Source of the DNA: Saccostrea echinata
Lineage: Eukaryota
NCBI RefSeq assembly: GCF_033153115.1
Contig: NW_026889760.1
Location: forward strand, 62,001-126,000
Length of the DNA stretch: 64,000 nt
Reading direction: 5' to 3'
How positions within the stretch are numbered: the stretch's first letter is position 1; every line of letters starts with the position of its first letter. Under the pieces are notes generated by a model. That model saw only the letters and a program-made list of their open reading frames with translations. It was not told the origin of the DNA and made no database searches. The position numbers and the translations under genes are program-made. Shown here in pieces: positions 45,501 to 58,726 of the stretch.

Positions 45501-48500
45501 CTATGTATGATCGATTACTAAAATGAGGCAAGCTATTGATATACAAGTTGATGAAAAAAGAACATCAACAGTCTTGTTTAAAGTCAAATTTTCGCAAATT
45601 CTATGGACAATACAGGGTTGTCCCTAAGACCCGTGGGCTGGAGAATTTTCCCACCTATAATGATGTAATCCCCCAGTTATTTTCGTATTCCTCCTAAACT
45701 CCCCATTAGGGAAGGAACCCCAGTTCCCCATCTACTTTTTAAATGTCCTCTTCTTTTTCAATTCTTAGGGACAACCCTGACGATACTATGACCTTGCCAG
45801 CACATACAGTCCATCAATAAGTCAAATGTTGACTGACATTTTTCATACAAATTGTTAGGCCTTTTTTTTTTTTTTTTTTTTAACATTGAATAGCCTATGG
45901 ATTTTTCTGTTTGCCCAGGGGTGTGTGAGCAGTCAACAGGGGATGCTTACTCCTCCATGGCACCTGATCCCACCTCTAATGTTTTTAGAGGTCCATGTTT
46001 GCTTCGCTCCAAATTTGTATTGTTTCAACAGACTTTTGAGCTTGAATACTGTTTGTTATCTTCATACATGTATTTCATGTACATATACTACGGTCACTCA
46101 CTGAAGGCCACATCAACACATTTATGACAATGAGACAAGTTTCACCTGTGACAGCAGCTGATAAATCCAAGGGTGCATCAATCCCTTCTGGTGCCTCTCA
46201 CTGGCGATTCTCATGATTTCAGGGGATACCTGTGGGATTTTAGAGTCTCCTGAGGTTGACTTGTTCTGTTGTTTGCTGTGCATTTGCTGAAACAGAAACA
46301 TTCCAGCATTTAAACAAAGGAATAAGTGACAAATTAGTCAATATTTCACTGAAATCTCTAAGACAAACTGTATGATAAATAATAGATATCTGTTACGAAA
46401 TGATTATGGTATAATAATGCAAACTTATTGTCTAGATTTTGTGGGAGAAGGTATAAAAAATGTACAAAGTCATTGCCTGGATTTTGAGGCCGGGGAATAT
46501 TAATACAAACTTACTGCCTGGATTTTGAGGCAGGAGGTATTATAATACATGACTGAACAGACTTACTGCCTGGATTTTGAGGGACTGGGACCAGTTGGCC
46601 TCTGGGCTGTTTCTGTTGGGACTAGAACCACTGCTGCTGGATGAGGAGGAGGATACAGCGGCTAACATATCTTGACGAATTCCTACAAAACACACCAAAC
46701 TTACTGTGATTTCCTACAAAACACACCAAACTTACAGTGAATTCCTACAAAACACACCAAACTTACTGTGATTTGCATACATATCATGATATTTTTCACT
46801 GGTCCAGTGATTGGGAAGGCCATAAAGGTCAATGGGACTATGGCGCAACTGTCAAAGTTTTTGAAAGTGAATGGGCCATCTTTATATTCTGATGGGCCAT
46901 TTCAAGAAGAAAAAAAATGACTTGTAAACAAAATGTGAAATAAGAAAGGAAACATGTTTCTTTATTAACCAAATCTTATTTTTCACGTATGTTTATGGAG
47001 TGTTGCACATTTAATGGAACACGCAAACAATATAATTTTCTCATATTTTGGATCAATAACGTCAAAATTGGGAAATGAGTGAGGTAATGTACCTTTGATG
47101 TCCTAAATAAAGCGCTTCATGTAACAGGAAACAGTTTTTGCCGGGTTTTAACCAATGAGATTTGTTGTATTAAAATGACTGCATTTAAAACGAAAGTAAA
47201 ACAAGCAAGAAAGTCGTACGCAATATATTTCCAACTAACATAGCTTAAATTTGAATGCCCACCTTGGCACCACCAATGGTTGATTTAATGCGCCAATTAT
47301 CACTTCAATGTGACTATGGCGCATGGCGCAAGCCCTTCCCAATCACTGCTGGTCAAGAAATTTTCATTGTATTGAATAAACAATATTACATTTCTTCACA
47401 AATACATGCAAGAATATATGTACATGTACATAGTTTATGAATCTATATATCTGTTGTAAAACAAAATTATTTTTAAAAAGTGCTGTTTAGTAATTATTAC
47501 ATATTTCTGATTTATATTTAAAATATTTGTTAAACATCTTAAACAGTCAGGGGTGAGACTGAAATCCGTCATTTCTGAAAAATGATGGATAATCGTCATA
47601 TTTACTAACTACGTATTTTCGTCATTTTTGTCAATATGACTTACTATCGTCATATTTCTTTTTCAACTTAATTCTTCTATCCTGGTTACATAAAAGCGAA
47701 ATTTGAATTCACCACTGAAAGAAGAGTGTTTACGCAAGTTTCATTTCATCCGGGTCACTAATTACTGCCAACCACGTGTATTAGACCATCAACATGGAAG
47801 GTGAACGTTATTATTTTGCGGTAAAATGTCGAATTTTGGTAGAACTAATTCGCCATTTTTACATGGCTTTTAGCCCTATAAAAACATATAGTACACCGTC
47901 TGGAAGAATACGTACTTGTAGAGAAAAGTCTCGACAAAAAGTTAAAGCCATAAAAAAGTAGTGCGCCACGTAAAACAAGCGAGATATTTCAGTGAGCCCA
48001 GACCCTCCATTTTGAAAAAAGACGGAATATCGTCATTTTCGTCTTCTTTCCTATTTAATGCAAATAAATTGACAAATAACTCTTCCACTCTTATTTTTGC
48101 TTGGGAAATTTGTACTGTCAACATAACCAGTATTGTAGTCAACTGTATTAGAGAAATGAAGTTTGTTTACGATGTTTTTTGTCCTTTTTTCGGTGTTTAT
48201 GACTGTTTTTCGTCATTTTCTTAAAAATGACGAGTTTAAGTCATAATAAAAATTTTATTTTATGACTAAAAATCGTCATTTTAAAAATGACGGATTTCAG
48301 TCTCAACCCTGACTGTTTAACCTAAAACATTAAAAGTAAAACAGAGACTGAAAAAATATATATTGTAAGTCTGAAAATTTGTTTTTCTGTGTCAATATTT
48401 CTACACACGTATCGAAACATGTATTATCATCACACAAAGTCCATATTATCGATAATTTGATATATCATCCCAGTCCTAATTTGTACTAAGTTTTTTCAAA

Positions 48501-51500
48501 CCAAAAATATAGGGGAATTTTACATAAATCTGTGTTTAAAATGTCCATGGTGACACAGTTCACCAAATCAAAAACAGATACAAGAAAATTGGGGTGCACC
48601 AAGGTTTCATGTATCTGTTTTACTGAAACTTAACTGGATGAAATCTGTACTTTTGAAAAATCTGCGAATGAATCATTTCTAAATAAGCACACTACCGCTG
48701 TTTCTTTAATAAAACAAAACCTACCTGGTGGGATATGGTTAAAGTTGGCATTTCCACCCGTCGGGGGATCAACCACCACCTGAGGCACATGATCGCCAGA
48801 AAATCCAGTGTTATCCTAAATGTAAGTTACAAAACTGTCTCAATCTACTCGAAACTTATCTGAGGCCAGAGTTATTATATCTTTCGGTTTACGGATCCGA
48901 CGACCCAATTTTTTCAGGTTTTTGAAAATAAAAATTATGGATTTTATCACCCCTGTCGTTAATTTTCCGGAAAATTCATGTCTGATCATCAGGGTTTAAG
49001 TATTTATAATGCGTCTGGGTCCAATACATGCATTAAAAACAGCTCGCTGTTTCAAACATTTCGGTGATCATAAACAGAAACGTGTAAACATGGCGGCAAG
49101 CATGTCTTTATTTTAAAGTAAAGTAATCAAAAGCCTGAAAGGCTTCAATGACGTCGAAGAAGAAAAACAATTTCAAAAGATCATTTTGAATTTGAAGATA
49201 GCAATAAGTCAAGTGAGTGACTCAGGAGAAATAATAAAAAAAAAATAGTTTTAAACAAAATATCACAATTACAGTTTGGGGCCTTATGTCATGGTCCGAA
49301 TGAAGCAGGGTTCGAATTGACCAGACACCGTCGAACATGTTCATGTTAAATTCTTTTCAGTCAGTTGAAGAACTATGAAGGATTTCATGAATTTATATAA
49401 TATTTTTTCTAATTGCCAATGTCAAAGCGTTGTATTAGTGATTGCATCTAAACTACAACCAAGACTGTTCTGTTACAATTACGATCGAGTTACGATCGGG
49501 CGTGGTATACGGTATACTGGGAAATGGAGGAAATAGAGAAATACAGTAATACTGGTCAAAATCATCGGTTTTTAGGATAGAGTTGGTTAGAAGATTGTAT
49601 AAGTAAAGCTAAGATTTAGAAATTCAATCTTTTTAGTCTTGTAGTATTCGTGTTTATGTAATTTTTAATTATTTTACCTCCTGTTGTGTTGTTTATGTTA
49701 CACGGTTATCGTTCCGAAATGTTATTCATGTCATTTAACGCACCCTTTCTGTAGAAATTCATCCGCAACAACCATCACGTTTTTCTTGTGTGAGAATAAA
49801 ACATAATATTGTTGTTTTGCAATAGAATTAATTGCAGATATAATTGATGCAATTTTATTTTCAAGCTATTATTCATTTTGAGCGTTTTCAAAGAAATTGG
49901 TTTATAGCTATTGCTATTTTCTATTGCGGATGCATCGACTGACACATTCGGTCGCGTACATATCCGGTCGCGATTTCATACTGGGCGCTTGCTAGATGAC
50001 GTTCGAGCTCCGAGAGCTCGACGTCATAAAAATGTTTTGGAGATGGCACGTTGTCCCGAAACTTTTTTTTTGAGGATGAAAGGGTAGCAAACTATAGGGG
50101 ATGCCATATTTCCCTATCCCCCAAGAGTCGTGTTAAAAACATGTAATCACTCAGCTATGTTAAGGAAGGCCCGAGTTCACATCTGTGATGCACCGTATGT
50201 GAAGTTTCATTGTGACGTCATTGAAAATTTAACAAGCGACAAAAACCTATTTAACCACATGATAATGCGTAAATAACATCTTGCATTCATTTATTTTATC
50301 AATTATTTATAAAAGCAAGTAGAATCACAACATCTGATAACTATACTGCCGAGTTTTTAGAAGCAAATCTTGCTTCATGAATGATGTCACTAGCCTTGAC
50401 TTGACACAGTACAAGTGATCTAGGGGCGTGGATCCATTGGTTTAATAATTACAAAAATGCGTAAATAAATATTAAACCATTGCTAATGTTTAAATCTAAT
50501 TAATAAAATTAAAAGGAAATGATTTATCTAAAACACAGGGATAGACATTAACTTTTAGATTCACTTGCCCTTCGGGCAAGTGATCTCAAACTTTGACTTG
50601 TCCGAATGCAAAACTTGGTTGCCCAAAATTAGGATGGAACTTAAGACGAAAATTATTAATTACTGCAAACATTATGAAAAGAAAAAATGTGACGATATAC
50701 ACTACTGTCAATTTGGCAAGTTGAGCTACCGGGTACCTGAAAAAATTTCGATCCTGTATTTGTACATAAATGTATACCGCTGTACTTGTAAATTTAACCT
50801 GTTAACTCACACTGCCATTCAGCAATAACCCTCCGTTTCCTTTTTTAAAAATTCATATTTTTGAAAATTATTTGCGGTAGGATCATTTTGTGATTCATGA
50901 TTTTCAGCGATAACTGTGAAGCAACGCTTAAGGAAGATAGTTGCTACGGAACATACATCTTACCTGTACTTATATTCTGTGCGTGATTAATCTAATTTCC
51001 TAAAAAGAAGTTTAACAAAATGTTGTTACTCGTAGAGCGTATTTCCTATGAAAGAAAACAACGAACTCGATTTTTAAATGAACGGTATAATCCAGAAATG
51101 CTACCAAGGAATTTCGAATGCAAAACATTGTCAGTCAGGTGCGTTGCAGAAATCAAGTTCTCAATTTATTGTTTTATCTATAAATTAATGTAAACTAAAT
51201 AAATATGTACATTTGTGTGAGAAAAATTCACTTGCCCGATCGGACAAGTATGTCGATGATTTCACTTGCCCGAACTGAGAATTTACTTGTCCCGGGCAAT
51301 CGGACAACCGTTAATGTCGATCCCTGAAACAATTATGTAGATTATTAATATATCCAGGTGCTATGGAGCTGCACAAAGACAAAGTATGTCAAGAATATCG
51401 CTAACACGATGAGTGTATACCTGATTAAGCTCAAAAGTGCAAGGGCATAGACTAGACTGATTGAGCTGAAATATGGAATATCAATTGCTTATTTCATGTA

Positions 51501-54500
51501 TATTTTGAAAAGTGCTGGGAGCTGATTCTGGTCGGCATAACATTATTTTTATTCATGACAGAATTTAAGCGAAGTGGAAATTCTGGGCTATTAAACGCAT
51601 TTTCGGCAAAATTACGAGTATTTCCGAAACAGCTCAAACTAGCTCCCAGCACTTTCCGGGAAGCTGATGTTAATCTTTTTTAATATGTATCAATTTTTTT
51701 TTCTAAAAACATGGATATGCCCTTGCACTAGCCCCATTTTCTACATTCAACTGAACAATTCTATTTTATACAAGTCACGTGACACACAGCTGATACTTGT
51801 ACATGCGATGTAACTGGTACTGAGTAAGCCACAAACCTATCCATTATGGATATCTTTATTACCTGTCCTACATTTTTACAGTTACTTTGTTACAAAGATT
51901 TTAAAAATAATACATATTAAGTATGTACGTAAGATCGCATTTTCTATTTCCTTCCTTAACATAGCTGAGCAGTGAATTTTATGGGCCAAAATGCCACCGA
52001 TATTCAGCTGTTTCCCCTCACAAAAAATAGCTATTTTTTCCTAATGATAATATTTTTTTCCAGTTTCAAAAGTAATGATTAATATGCTAAAATTGGACAA
52101 AAATTACAGGAATTGCAGACAAAGACTAAGTACGTTTTTTACTTTAGTCTTCAATTTTATTTCTCCAAACCCATGAACATGCAAAATCTTTTATAATGAA
52201 TGTGTGAAACAATGGAGATATCGATATAAGCAGTTTAATACATAGCTTGTTATAGGTCCCAGGTACATGTGTTGTTGACATTTTAGTTTGACCGCCATTG
52301 GTAGATATAAGGTCAGGATAATAACATGAAATAGACAACATTGTAGGGTATGACCTTTCACTAAAATTAGTTAAGATGTTCTGTAACTTTATAATTAATA
52401 GAAGGCAGTTTAGTAGATTATGAAACCTAATACTGGTAATTAGTTTTTTTAAATAAAATTATGAGTTATTTCAAGAGAGTAAATTATAGTTATACAAGGT
52501 TTGACTAATATATGTTTAATGTTAAAAGAAGAAGATTTATTTAATGATTTTAAATAAGATCTGAAGTAAACCTTAAACAAAATCTTTTGTAGTTCTTTAT
52601 TTCTGATTCTCATTTACTACAAATGATTTTTCCCAGTTCGAGGAAAATGTTTCTAATTTTTCCCAATTCAAAAGGAGGGTGGTAGTTTAAAAAAAATCAG
52701 CAATGTTCAGTTTGAAAGAAGTTTCAATTTATTTTTATTTTGTCACCACCCAATGGATATTTTGGTTGAAAAAAATTCGTAAACCTAAAGAACTTTGGCC
52801 TGAGTAAATATATTTTTAGCCTAACACTGTTGAATTAAGTACAGAAAAGTACTGGTGTAATTTTTTGGTTTTTTGTTTTGTTTTGGTTTTTTTGTTTGTT
52901 TGTTTTTTTTTCTTCTCAAAATTGCCAGAGAAATGTTTCCATCTTTGAAGAAATATCTACAAGTCCTGTAGTACACATTTACATGTAAATGAATTATCAT
53001 CTGAAAACTATACTTACAATATTTCTCTGTGACATTGCGTAATTTCCTTGTCTTGGAGTAGCACCAACTGAAAATAAACATGTTTGCGTTCCCTTATTTG
53101 ATATTCAATTTCGATGATTTTTATGATTTTTTAATAATTTCCATGCTAATTAACTATGAACAGTTGTCAACAATTAACATTGTGCTTGTAGTAATGATAA
53201 AGACTGTCTTTCTTATGATGGTACACTCACATTGTCCAAGCCGAGGTCTGTACTTAAGAAATCCATCGTTTGTGCCATTTAAATAATACTGTACACATTG
53301 TTTGAACTTTGACACCAGCTCAGTTTTGTTCCCTTTGGAGTTCCTGTTTTGAAAGATAATTTTTGTCAATAATGTCTCCATAAAATTTGAATATACATGT
53401 ATGTACTGTGAGTGAACCCCCAAGTTCAACCACAATCAATTTACTATATCCATACTTTCGTTCATGTATATCCTGCTATTATCTCACCATTTCAATTTTA
53501 CAACTTCTAAAAATTTCAAGTGAGCAAGTACAGTTGAACTTCAATATCTTGAACACTGATATCTCAAATACCATGGATATGTCGAAGTGAGTTGGAAGTC
53601 CCCAACCTCTTATTCTTTAAGTACAGGGATTTATCAAGGCTGTTTTTACTACTGGTAAACGGTACCTTTCCCCTCTTAAGAAAGGTGCAAAAATTCCCCT
53701 TTTTCAGATAGAAAATTTGCCGATTAAACAGAGAATATTTAAAACATCGTTTGTAAATTTCCCGTTTTTGTCTGATTGAATTCTAACTGCCCCCGGACCC
53801 CCCTACATGTAGCATATTCGCGCCTCTGGCGCTCAGCTCGAGCCTGCGGCTCTCATTTTCCCCCTTAACATATAAAAATGGTAGTAAAACAAAATAGCTA
53901 GATAAATCCCTGAAGTATTTTACCTCTGGTATCTTGAATCCTCGGATATCTCGAAGTTTTTTCTTGGTCCCATTGAGTTCGAGATAATGAGGTTTGACTG
54001 TACAAGTACTTACAAAAGCCATGTGCATAATAATCATGTGCTACTGCAATAAAAAAAATTGTGTCAAGATTTACCTGAATATGATTTCTCCAACTTCATC
54101 CAGATTTTCAACACTAGGTAGATTCCTGACAAAATCCACAGCTGCCTGGATAGCATTTTCTGGAGTCAACTGAAAAAGGTTAAAGTTCAAATTCAATAAC
54201 ACAAATCATCAAACTTCAAAATGCTGGAGAATTAACTGATATTATATCTATGTGATCATAATATTCTCTTGCTATAACTTAAGAAAAATATTCACTCAAA
54301 AAAGTTTACGAGATAATGGAGATCACAGTATAAACTTTAGGGGCAACTTCAACATAATCACAAAGTTTGTACTAATTGATTTTAGTCCTGGCTGACTAGT
54401 TCCACAACAAATTGAAACTGTTTATGTCAACTTGTAACAAACAGGTGGAAGTCCAGCAGTGACCAGGACTCGTTACGAGCTTAGTTTTTGAGGTGAAAAG

Positions 54501-57113
54501 TAATATATAAAAATTATACATTGATATATATACCAAAATAGCAGTAAAGTGCCTGTGGACTTACAATAAAATTAACCCTATGTCTGCCCTAAATAAACCA
54601 TATACATGTGTAACTGTTACAAAGATTAAGTTAATATTGCACCAAGTGAATTACAAACAACATGCATAAACAGTCAGGGGTGAGACTGAAATCCGTCATT
54701 TCTGAAAAATGATGGATAATCGTCATATTTACTAACTACGTATTTTCGTCATTTTTGTCAATATGATTTACTATCGTCATATTTTCTTTTTCAACTTAAT
54801 TCTTCTATCCTGGTTACATAAAAGCGAAATTTGAATTCACCACTGAAAGAAGAGTGTTTACGCAAGTTTCATTTCATCCGGGTCACTAATTACTGCCGAC
54901 CACATGCGTTAGAACATCAACATGGAAGGTGAAAGTTATTATTTAGCGGTAAAATGTCGAATTTTGGTAGAACTAATTCGCCATTTTTACATGGCTTTTA
55001 GCCCTATAAAAACATATAGTACACCGTCTGGAAGAATACGTACTTGTAGAGAAAAGTCTCGACAAAAAGTTAAAGCCATAAAAAAGTAGTGCGCCCCGTA
55101 AAACAAGCGAGATATTTCAGTGAGCCCAGACCCTCCATTTTGAAAAAAGACGGCATATCGTCTTCTTTCCTATTTAATGCAAATAAATTGACAAATAATA
55201 ACTCTTCCACTCTTATTTTTGCTTGGGAAATTTGTACTGTCGACATAACCAGTATTGTAGTCAACTGTATTAGAGAAATGAAGTTTGTTTACGATGTTTT
55301 TTTGTCCTTTTTTCGGTTGGTGGATCTAACATTTTTCAAAGAGAGGTAACTCGGTATTCTAGAAACACTCTAAATTTTTATGACTGTTTTTCGTCATTTT
55401 CTTAAAAATGATGAGTTTAAGTCATAATAAAAATTTTATTTTATGACTAAAAATCGTCATTTTAAAAATGACGGATTTCAGTATCACCCCTGACTGATAA
55501 AAGTTTCATTGCATAAAACACAGGAGAATCACACTATGATGAATGACGAGTAACCGATATTATATACCCAAACTCCTCATTCACTTCAAGACAATAGATC
55601 AGAGTCTTCAAAATTGATTTATCTAACAATGCAGCAGATAAAAAGAAAACACTCCTTGTACTTTTTTTTTAAAAATTTTTAAAAAAAATTATAAATGCAT
55701 AGTATTTATTGCCATGGTTCTGGTTTTATGACACATTTTTGTAACAGGGGTCAACACCTTGATGCAACTTCCACCACTTGGTTACGATATTTTTTTTGAG
55801 TTTTCAAGTCAGTCATGCAGTTTATAGGTTTATTTGATGCTGTACTTATTTCAAACATTACCTTTGCTGGTTTACTGGGATCAGCTCTGCTTAGAAGTTC
55901 AATGTAGAAAGAGTAGAGATCTTCATCTGGGAGAATATGGTTGCCTGTGTATATTCATAATGGTATCTGATTAGTCAATGGCCATTAGTCAAGTACTTTA
56001 AAAAAAAATATATCATGAAAGAGAAAATAAGGCATGTATAAAAATACAAAAGCATCTGAAAATATGATCATGTACAGGAAAATGCTCGTAATGACTTCCC
56101 ATAATCTATATTCAGTTTGTTTACAAGTGCAATTAAGACTTCCTGATGCAATGCAAAACATTTCATTAGAGAATGCAATACAAAGAGATATTGATGTTCA
56201 AGATATGAAATTCAACTGTATTTACTGCATGGTAAAATTACATTATTACATGCTAAATTCTTCTTCAATGATGTATCTGAAGTGTGCAAACTGCGGAATC
56301 TTCAATTCTAAATTGTTGGTTGACAGTTTCCTGCCTATGATGTATAAACCATGCACCATTTATATAGTAAAGTCTTGCAATTTGATTGCTCTCACCTAAC
56401 AAAGCTGCCAAAATACAAAATCTATTTGGATTTAGGTCCAGATTCTTTGCAATTTCATCCATAATGTATTCTTTTGTTTCCAAGGAACCTTTGTATGTCA
56501 ACTTCAGATTCTGTGATGAAAAATACCGAGGAGGATCAAAGATTGTGTAAACGGGGTCCTGTGCAATGATACCCTGCAGACCATGTTCTCTACAGTAGCC
56601 AATTACTTCTTGTGCATGATCATCCATTGAACATGCTACCCCTACACCCATCTGTCTTAGGGCCATGCGAAGGGAACCCTGCAAGAATACAGGGGGGATC
56701 CACCAGACCTTTGGGGGAGGGGTCCCTTTGTTGTTGATGTGACGCAAGACAAAAGTGACTTTTTTCTTTGCATTCAATTGATCTGCATACCATTCGTTTA
56801 ATTTTTGGCTCTCTAATGCACCGTTGAAAAATACCACCATATCTAAATTGGCCGAGTGACATGCCTGCATCAGGTTGTTTAGGAACGCTATCATACGATT
56901 CCATTGTCCCCCGCAAACCCAATCCGAGAAATATCCCCCGTACAGACGGTCTAGGCAGCTCTCTGCATCGACCACAAGGCAGAAGCGCTCATTTCCGGGT
57001 TCCCTGCCACGCCTTTTTGGTATGAATCCTCTCGATATTTTCAGCAAATCCACTGACACACATGCACTTGCACAGTGCGTTTCGATAAATTCCTGTAATG
57101 ACCTAATCCCCAT
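40217..57113 (-). CDS. FAM120A: FAM120A/C-like RNA-binding protein (N-terminal PIN-like domain, C-terminal RG/RGG-rich region), ~17 coding exons
   Basis: Exons 56396-57113 (MGIRSLQEFIE..LVVDAESCLDRLYGGYFSDWVCGGQWN..KGTPPPKVWWIPP..LAALLG), 55862-55944 (NHILPDEDL), 54075-54169, 53231-53343, 53018-53067, 48725-48815, 46567-46682, 46146-46286 (ERHQKGLMHPWIYQLL), 44974-45130 (GEMKIPVSLEDE), 44041-44314, 43647-43755, 43171-43377 (PWQFFDGKLFH), 42582-42855, 41651-41819 (GGQLEIAGVVVGSWG), 41316-41481, 40917-41065, 40217-40388. Confidence 0.94.
42130..42566. mobile_element. Harbinger-like MITE
   Basis: TTA|GGCCAAATAAAAAAATATGTGTGGTTCCGGTTAC ... GTAACTGGAACCACACATATTTTTTGTTTGGCC|TTA. Confidence 0.85.
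42967..43140. mobile_element. Small Tc1/mariner-like MITE
   Basis: CAGTAAAACTTGTCTAAT / ATAAGACAAATTTTACTG|TA inverted termini. Confidence 0.55.
45270..46070 (+). pseudogene. Decayed Penelope-like retroelement RT 3' fragment, interrupted by a MITE at 45613-45779
   Basis: Frameshifted remnants DKRDDLNFSI, NIP and YGVYVSQLIQYARVCS resemble the PLE reverse-transcriptase thumb region (recalled). Followed by a GGGATGCTTACTCCTCCATGGCACCTGATCCCACC tail. Confidence 0.6.
45613..45779. mobile_element. CAG-terminated MITE with a ~6-bp TSD
   Basis: CAGGGTTGTCCCTAAGA / TCTTAGGGACAACCCTG, with flanks ACAATA and ACGATA. Confidence 0.75.
46470..46775 (-). repeat. Triplicated donor and triplicated acceptor junctions flanking FAM120A exon 46567-46682
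   Basis: (CTTAC)TGCCTGGATTTTGAGG at ~46474, 46510 and 46562. 31-bp unit TTCCTACAAAACACACCAAACTTAC(T/A)GTGA x3 at 46679-46772. Confidence 0.9.
46805..47348. mobile_element. CAG-terminated MITE with a 6-bp TSD
   Basis: CAGTGATTGGGAAGG / CCTTCCCAATCACTG, with CTGGTC on both flanks. Confidence 0.8.
47544..48315. mobile_element. CAG-terminated MITE, copy 1
   Basis: TIRs CAGTCAGGGGTGAGACTGAAATCCGTCATTT / AAATGACGGATTTCAGTCTCAACCCTGACTG. Near-identical to 54671-55496. Confidence 0.85.
50164..51955. mobile_element. Kolobok-like element nested in 48864-52800
   Basis: TTAA|GGAAGG ... CCTTCC|TTAA; the TIR match is short. Confidence 0.5.
50536..51326. mobile_element. CAG-terminated MITE with a 5-bp TSD (innermost nested element)
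   Basis: CAGGGATAGACATTAAC / GTTAATGTCGATCCCTG, with AAACA on both flanks. Subterminal CACTTGCCC / GGACAAG repeats. Confidence 0.8.
53531..54000. mobile_element. Tc1/mariner-like MITE (TA TSD) containing a CAG-terminated MITE at 53624-53912 (AAGTA TSD)
   Basis: Outer TA|CAGTTGAACTTC ... GAGGTTTGACTG|TA. Inner AAGTA|CAGGGATTTATC ... GATAAATCCCTG|AAGTA. Confidence 0.8.
54671..55496. mobile_element. CAG-terminated MITE, copy 2
   Basis: Same TIRs as 47544-48315, ATAAA TSD, and an extra ~55-bp internal segment near 55316-55378. Confidence 0.85.
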
Positions 57114-57199
57114 TTTGCAGAGTTATGCCAAATAATTATTTTTGCATACTAATCAATTAATTTTTTTGTCCAATGAAGTGAAATAGAATGGAATTTTAA

Positions 57200-57330
57200 G
57201 AGAAGAAGTAGGTTAATTTTGACCTACAAGGCGGCCATGTGCTTTTCTTGCGGCTTACGAGTTAGGTGTCATGCGCCAGTGACGTATCCCGGATGTATAC
57301 CCAGAAACCATTGCGTAACTTTTCGGAATG
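57200..57330 (-). promoter_or_regulatory. Putative FAM120A core promoter
   Basis: YY1-like GCGGCCATGT, half-CRE TGACG and ETS-like CCGGATGT about 120-190 bp upstream of the ATG. Confidence 0.5.
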
Positions 57331-58726
57331 CCAAACATTTCGGGACTTTACATTTGTTAAACAAACTAAGATCGGGAGAATCTCAAAGGCAATATTTTTT
57401 TCCTTTTGCTGGGAAGGGGGAGGGGGAGGTTAATTACAGACGATTTACAAATGTTTTTAACTTAAATAATATATTTCTTTTTTAAAAAGGAAAATTATTC
57501 AGAACAGGATTTATAGACTTTCAGGACTTCTGGACTTGGGGGAGGGGGGTTATTTCTTTAAAAAAAAAAAAAAAAAAAACAAACAAACAATGGTAACTTT
57601 ATTTTTTGGAGATGCTGCCGCAAAGGCAAAAACCTGGAGAAAATATGTTACCTCCATAAAAGACTGAGGTCAAAGATCCAAAATTTTGACCAAAGTGCAT
57701 ATTTAGCTCACCTGGTCTAAAAATGCAAATGAACATCCCCATTTAGTAGAGTCCCAAAATATGCAAAAGTTAACAGGATATAGTGTACAGTGATACGACG
57801 GTAACATTGAGACCGTATAGATTGGGGAAGGCGAGATGGAGAGAGATGTGGAGAATAGATGGATAGAACTTTCCTTATGGCATGCACAGATCTCGAGGGG
57901 TCACCCCCCCCCCTTCTTCTGGGAATTTTCAGAATTATTAAATTTCTATGCAAAAGCTAGAAACTAAAAGGAGACTTTGCAGTGGCGTATATTCCTTTCT
58001 GCTAACGTGTAGGCTAATGTGAACTTAAAGATTTAACCTACGTGCACGGATCTAGAGGAGGGGGAGGGGGCGGACCCCTGAAGTTTGCGGAGTTATAATA
58101 ATATTATGTATATACATACTGAAGCAAATAAAAAATGACTTTGGACCCCCCTAGAAAACGTGGACCCACTATGAAATATGTTTTTTTTTTCACGTTTAGG
58201 AATGGACTTTACCTTTTTTTTTTTTGCTAATTCTGGGTTGGGAATTTTTTGACTGGGATGGAACCCCCCCTCTTCCCCCGGAAAAAATCCTGGATCCGCG
58301 CCTAACCTAAATTGTGGGTAGGTGTGGAGGGGGTTGCCCGGCCCCTTCTGTTGAAAAATGGAAACTTCCTTACTCCTAAAATGGTAAGGAGAGTGATGTA
58401 TCTGAAGATAATTGACTAAGAAAAGCAGGAAACTAAGGTAAGTGTCTTCTCCTACTCCTGGACCACCCCATCCCCAAGATATATGTTTTTCGGGTATGGC
58501 TAAGTTGTTTAACTTTGTTTTGCTTGTTGCTTGCCTTAAATTTCCGAGTCTAACCTTTGCTAGAGTAGATGTGGAATCCCCCCCCCCTCCGTCCCCGGGA
58601 AAAAAATCGTGGATCTGCTCGTATCAATTAATACATCACAGTGTACGTTTCTTCAACATTATTACAATAATTGCTATTGATGTCAATCAAATGTTAGAGA
58701 TATAGACTTGAATACATTCGATTTAA

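Larger units (their letters stand above)
48864..52800. mobile_element. ~3.9-kb Harbinger-like non-autonomous element with nested insertions
   Basis: TGA|GGCCAGAGTT..TCTTTCGGTTTACGGAT ... ATTCGTAAACCTAAAGAACTTTGGCC|TGA (3-bp TSD). Confidence 0.6.

Noticed and set aside
51421-51465. In-frame 45-nt candidate FAM120A cassette exon (LNQSSLCPCTFELNQ) with AG/GT ends
   Set aside because: It falls inside the nested transposon stack and has no homology support. Chance is likely, though exonisation is not excluded.
47942-55349. Paired similar ORFs at 47942-48224 and 55070-55349 resembling duplicated genes
   Set aside because: They lie inside two copies of the same MITE and show no recognisable domain.
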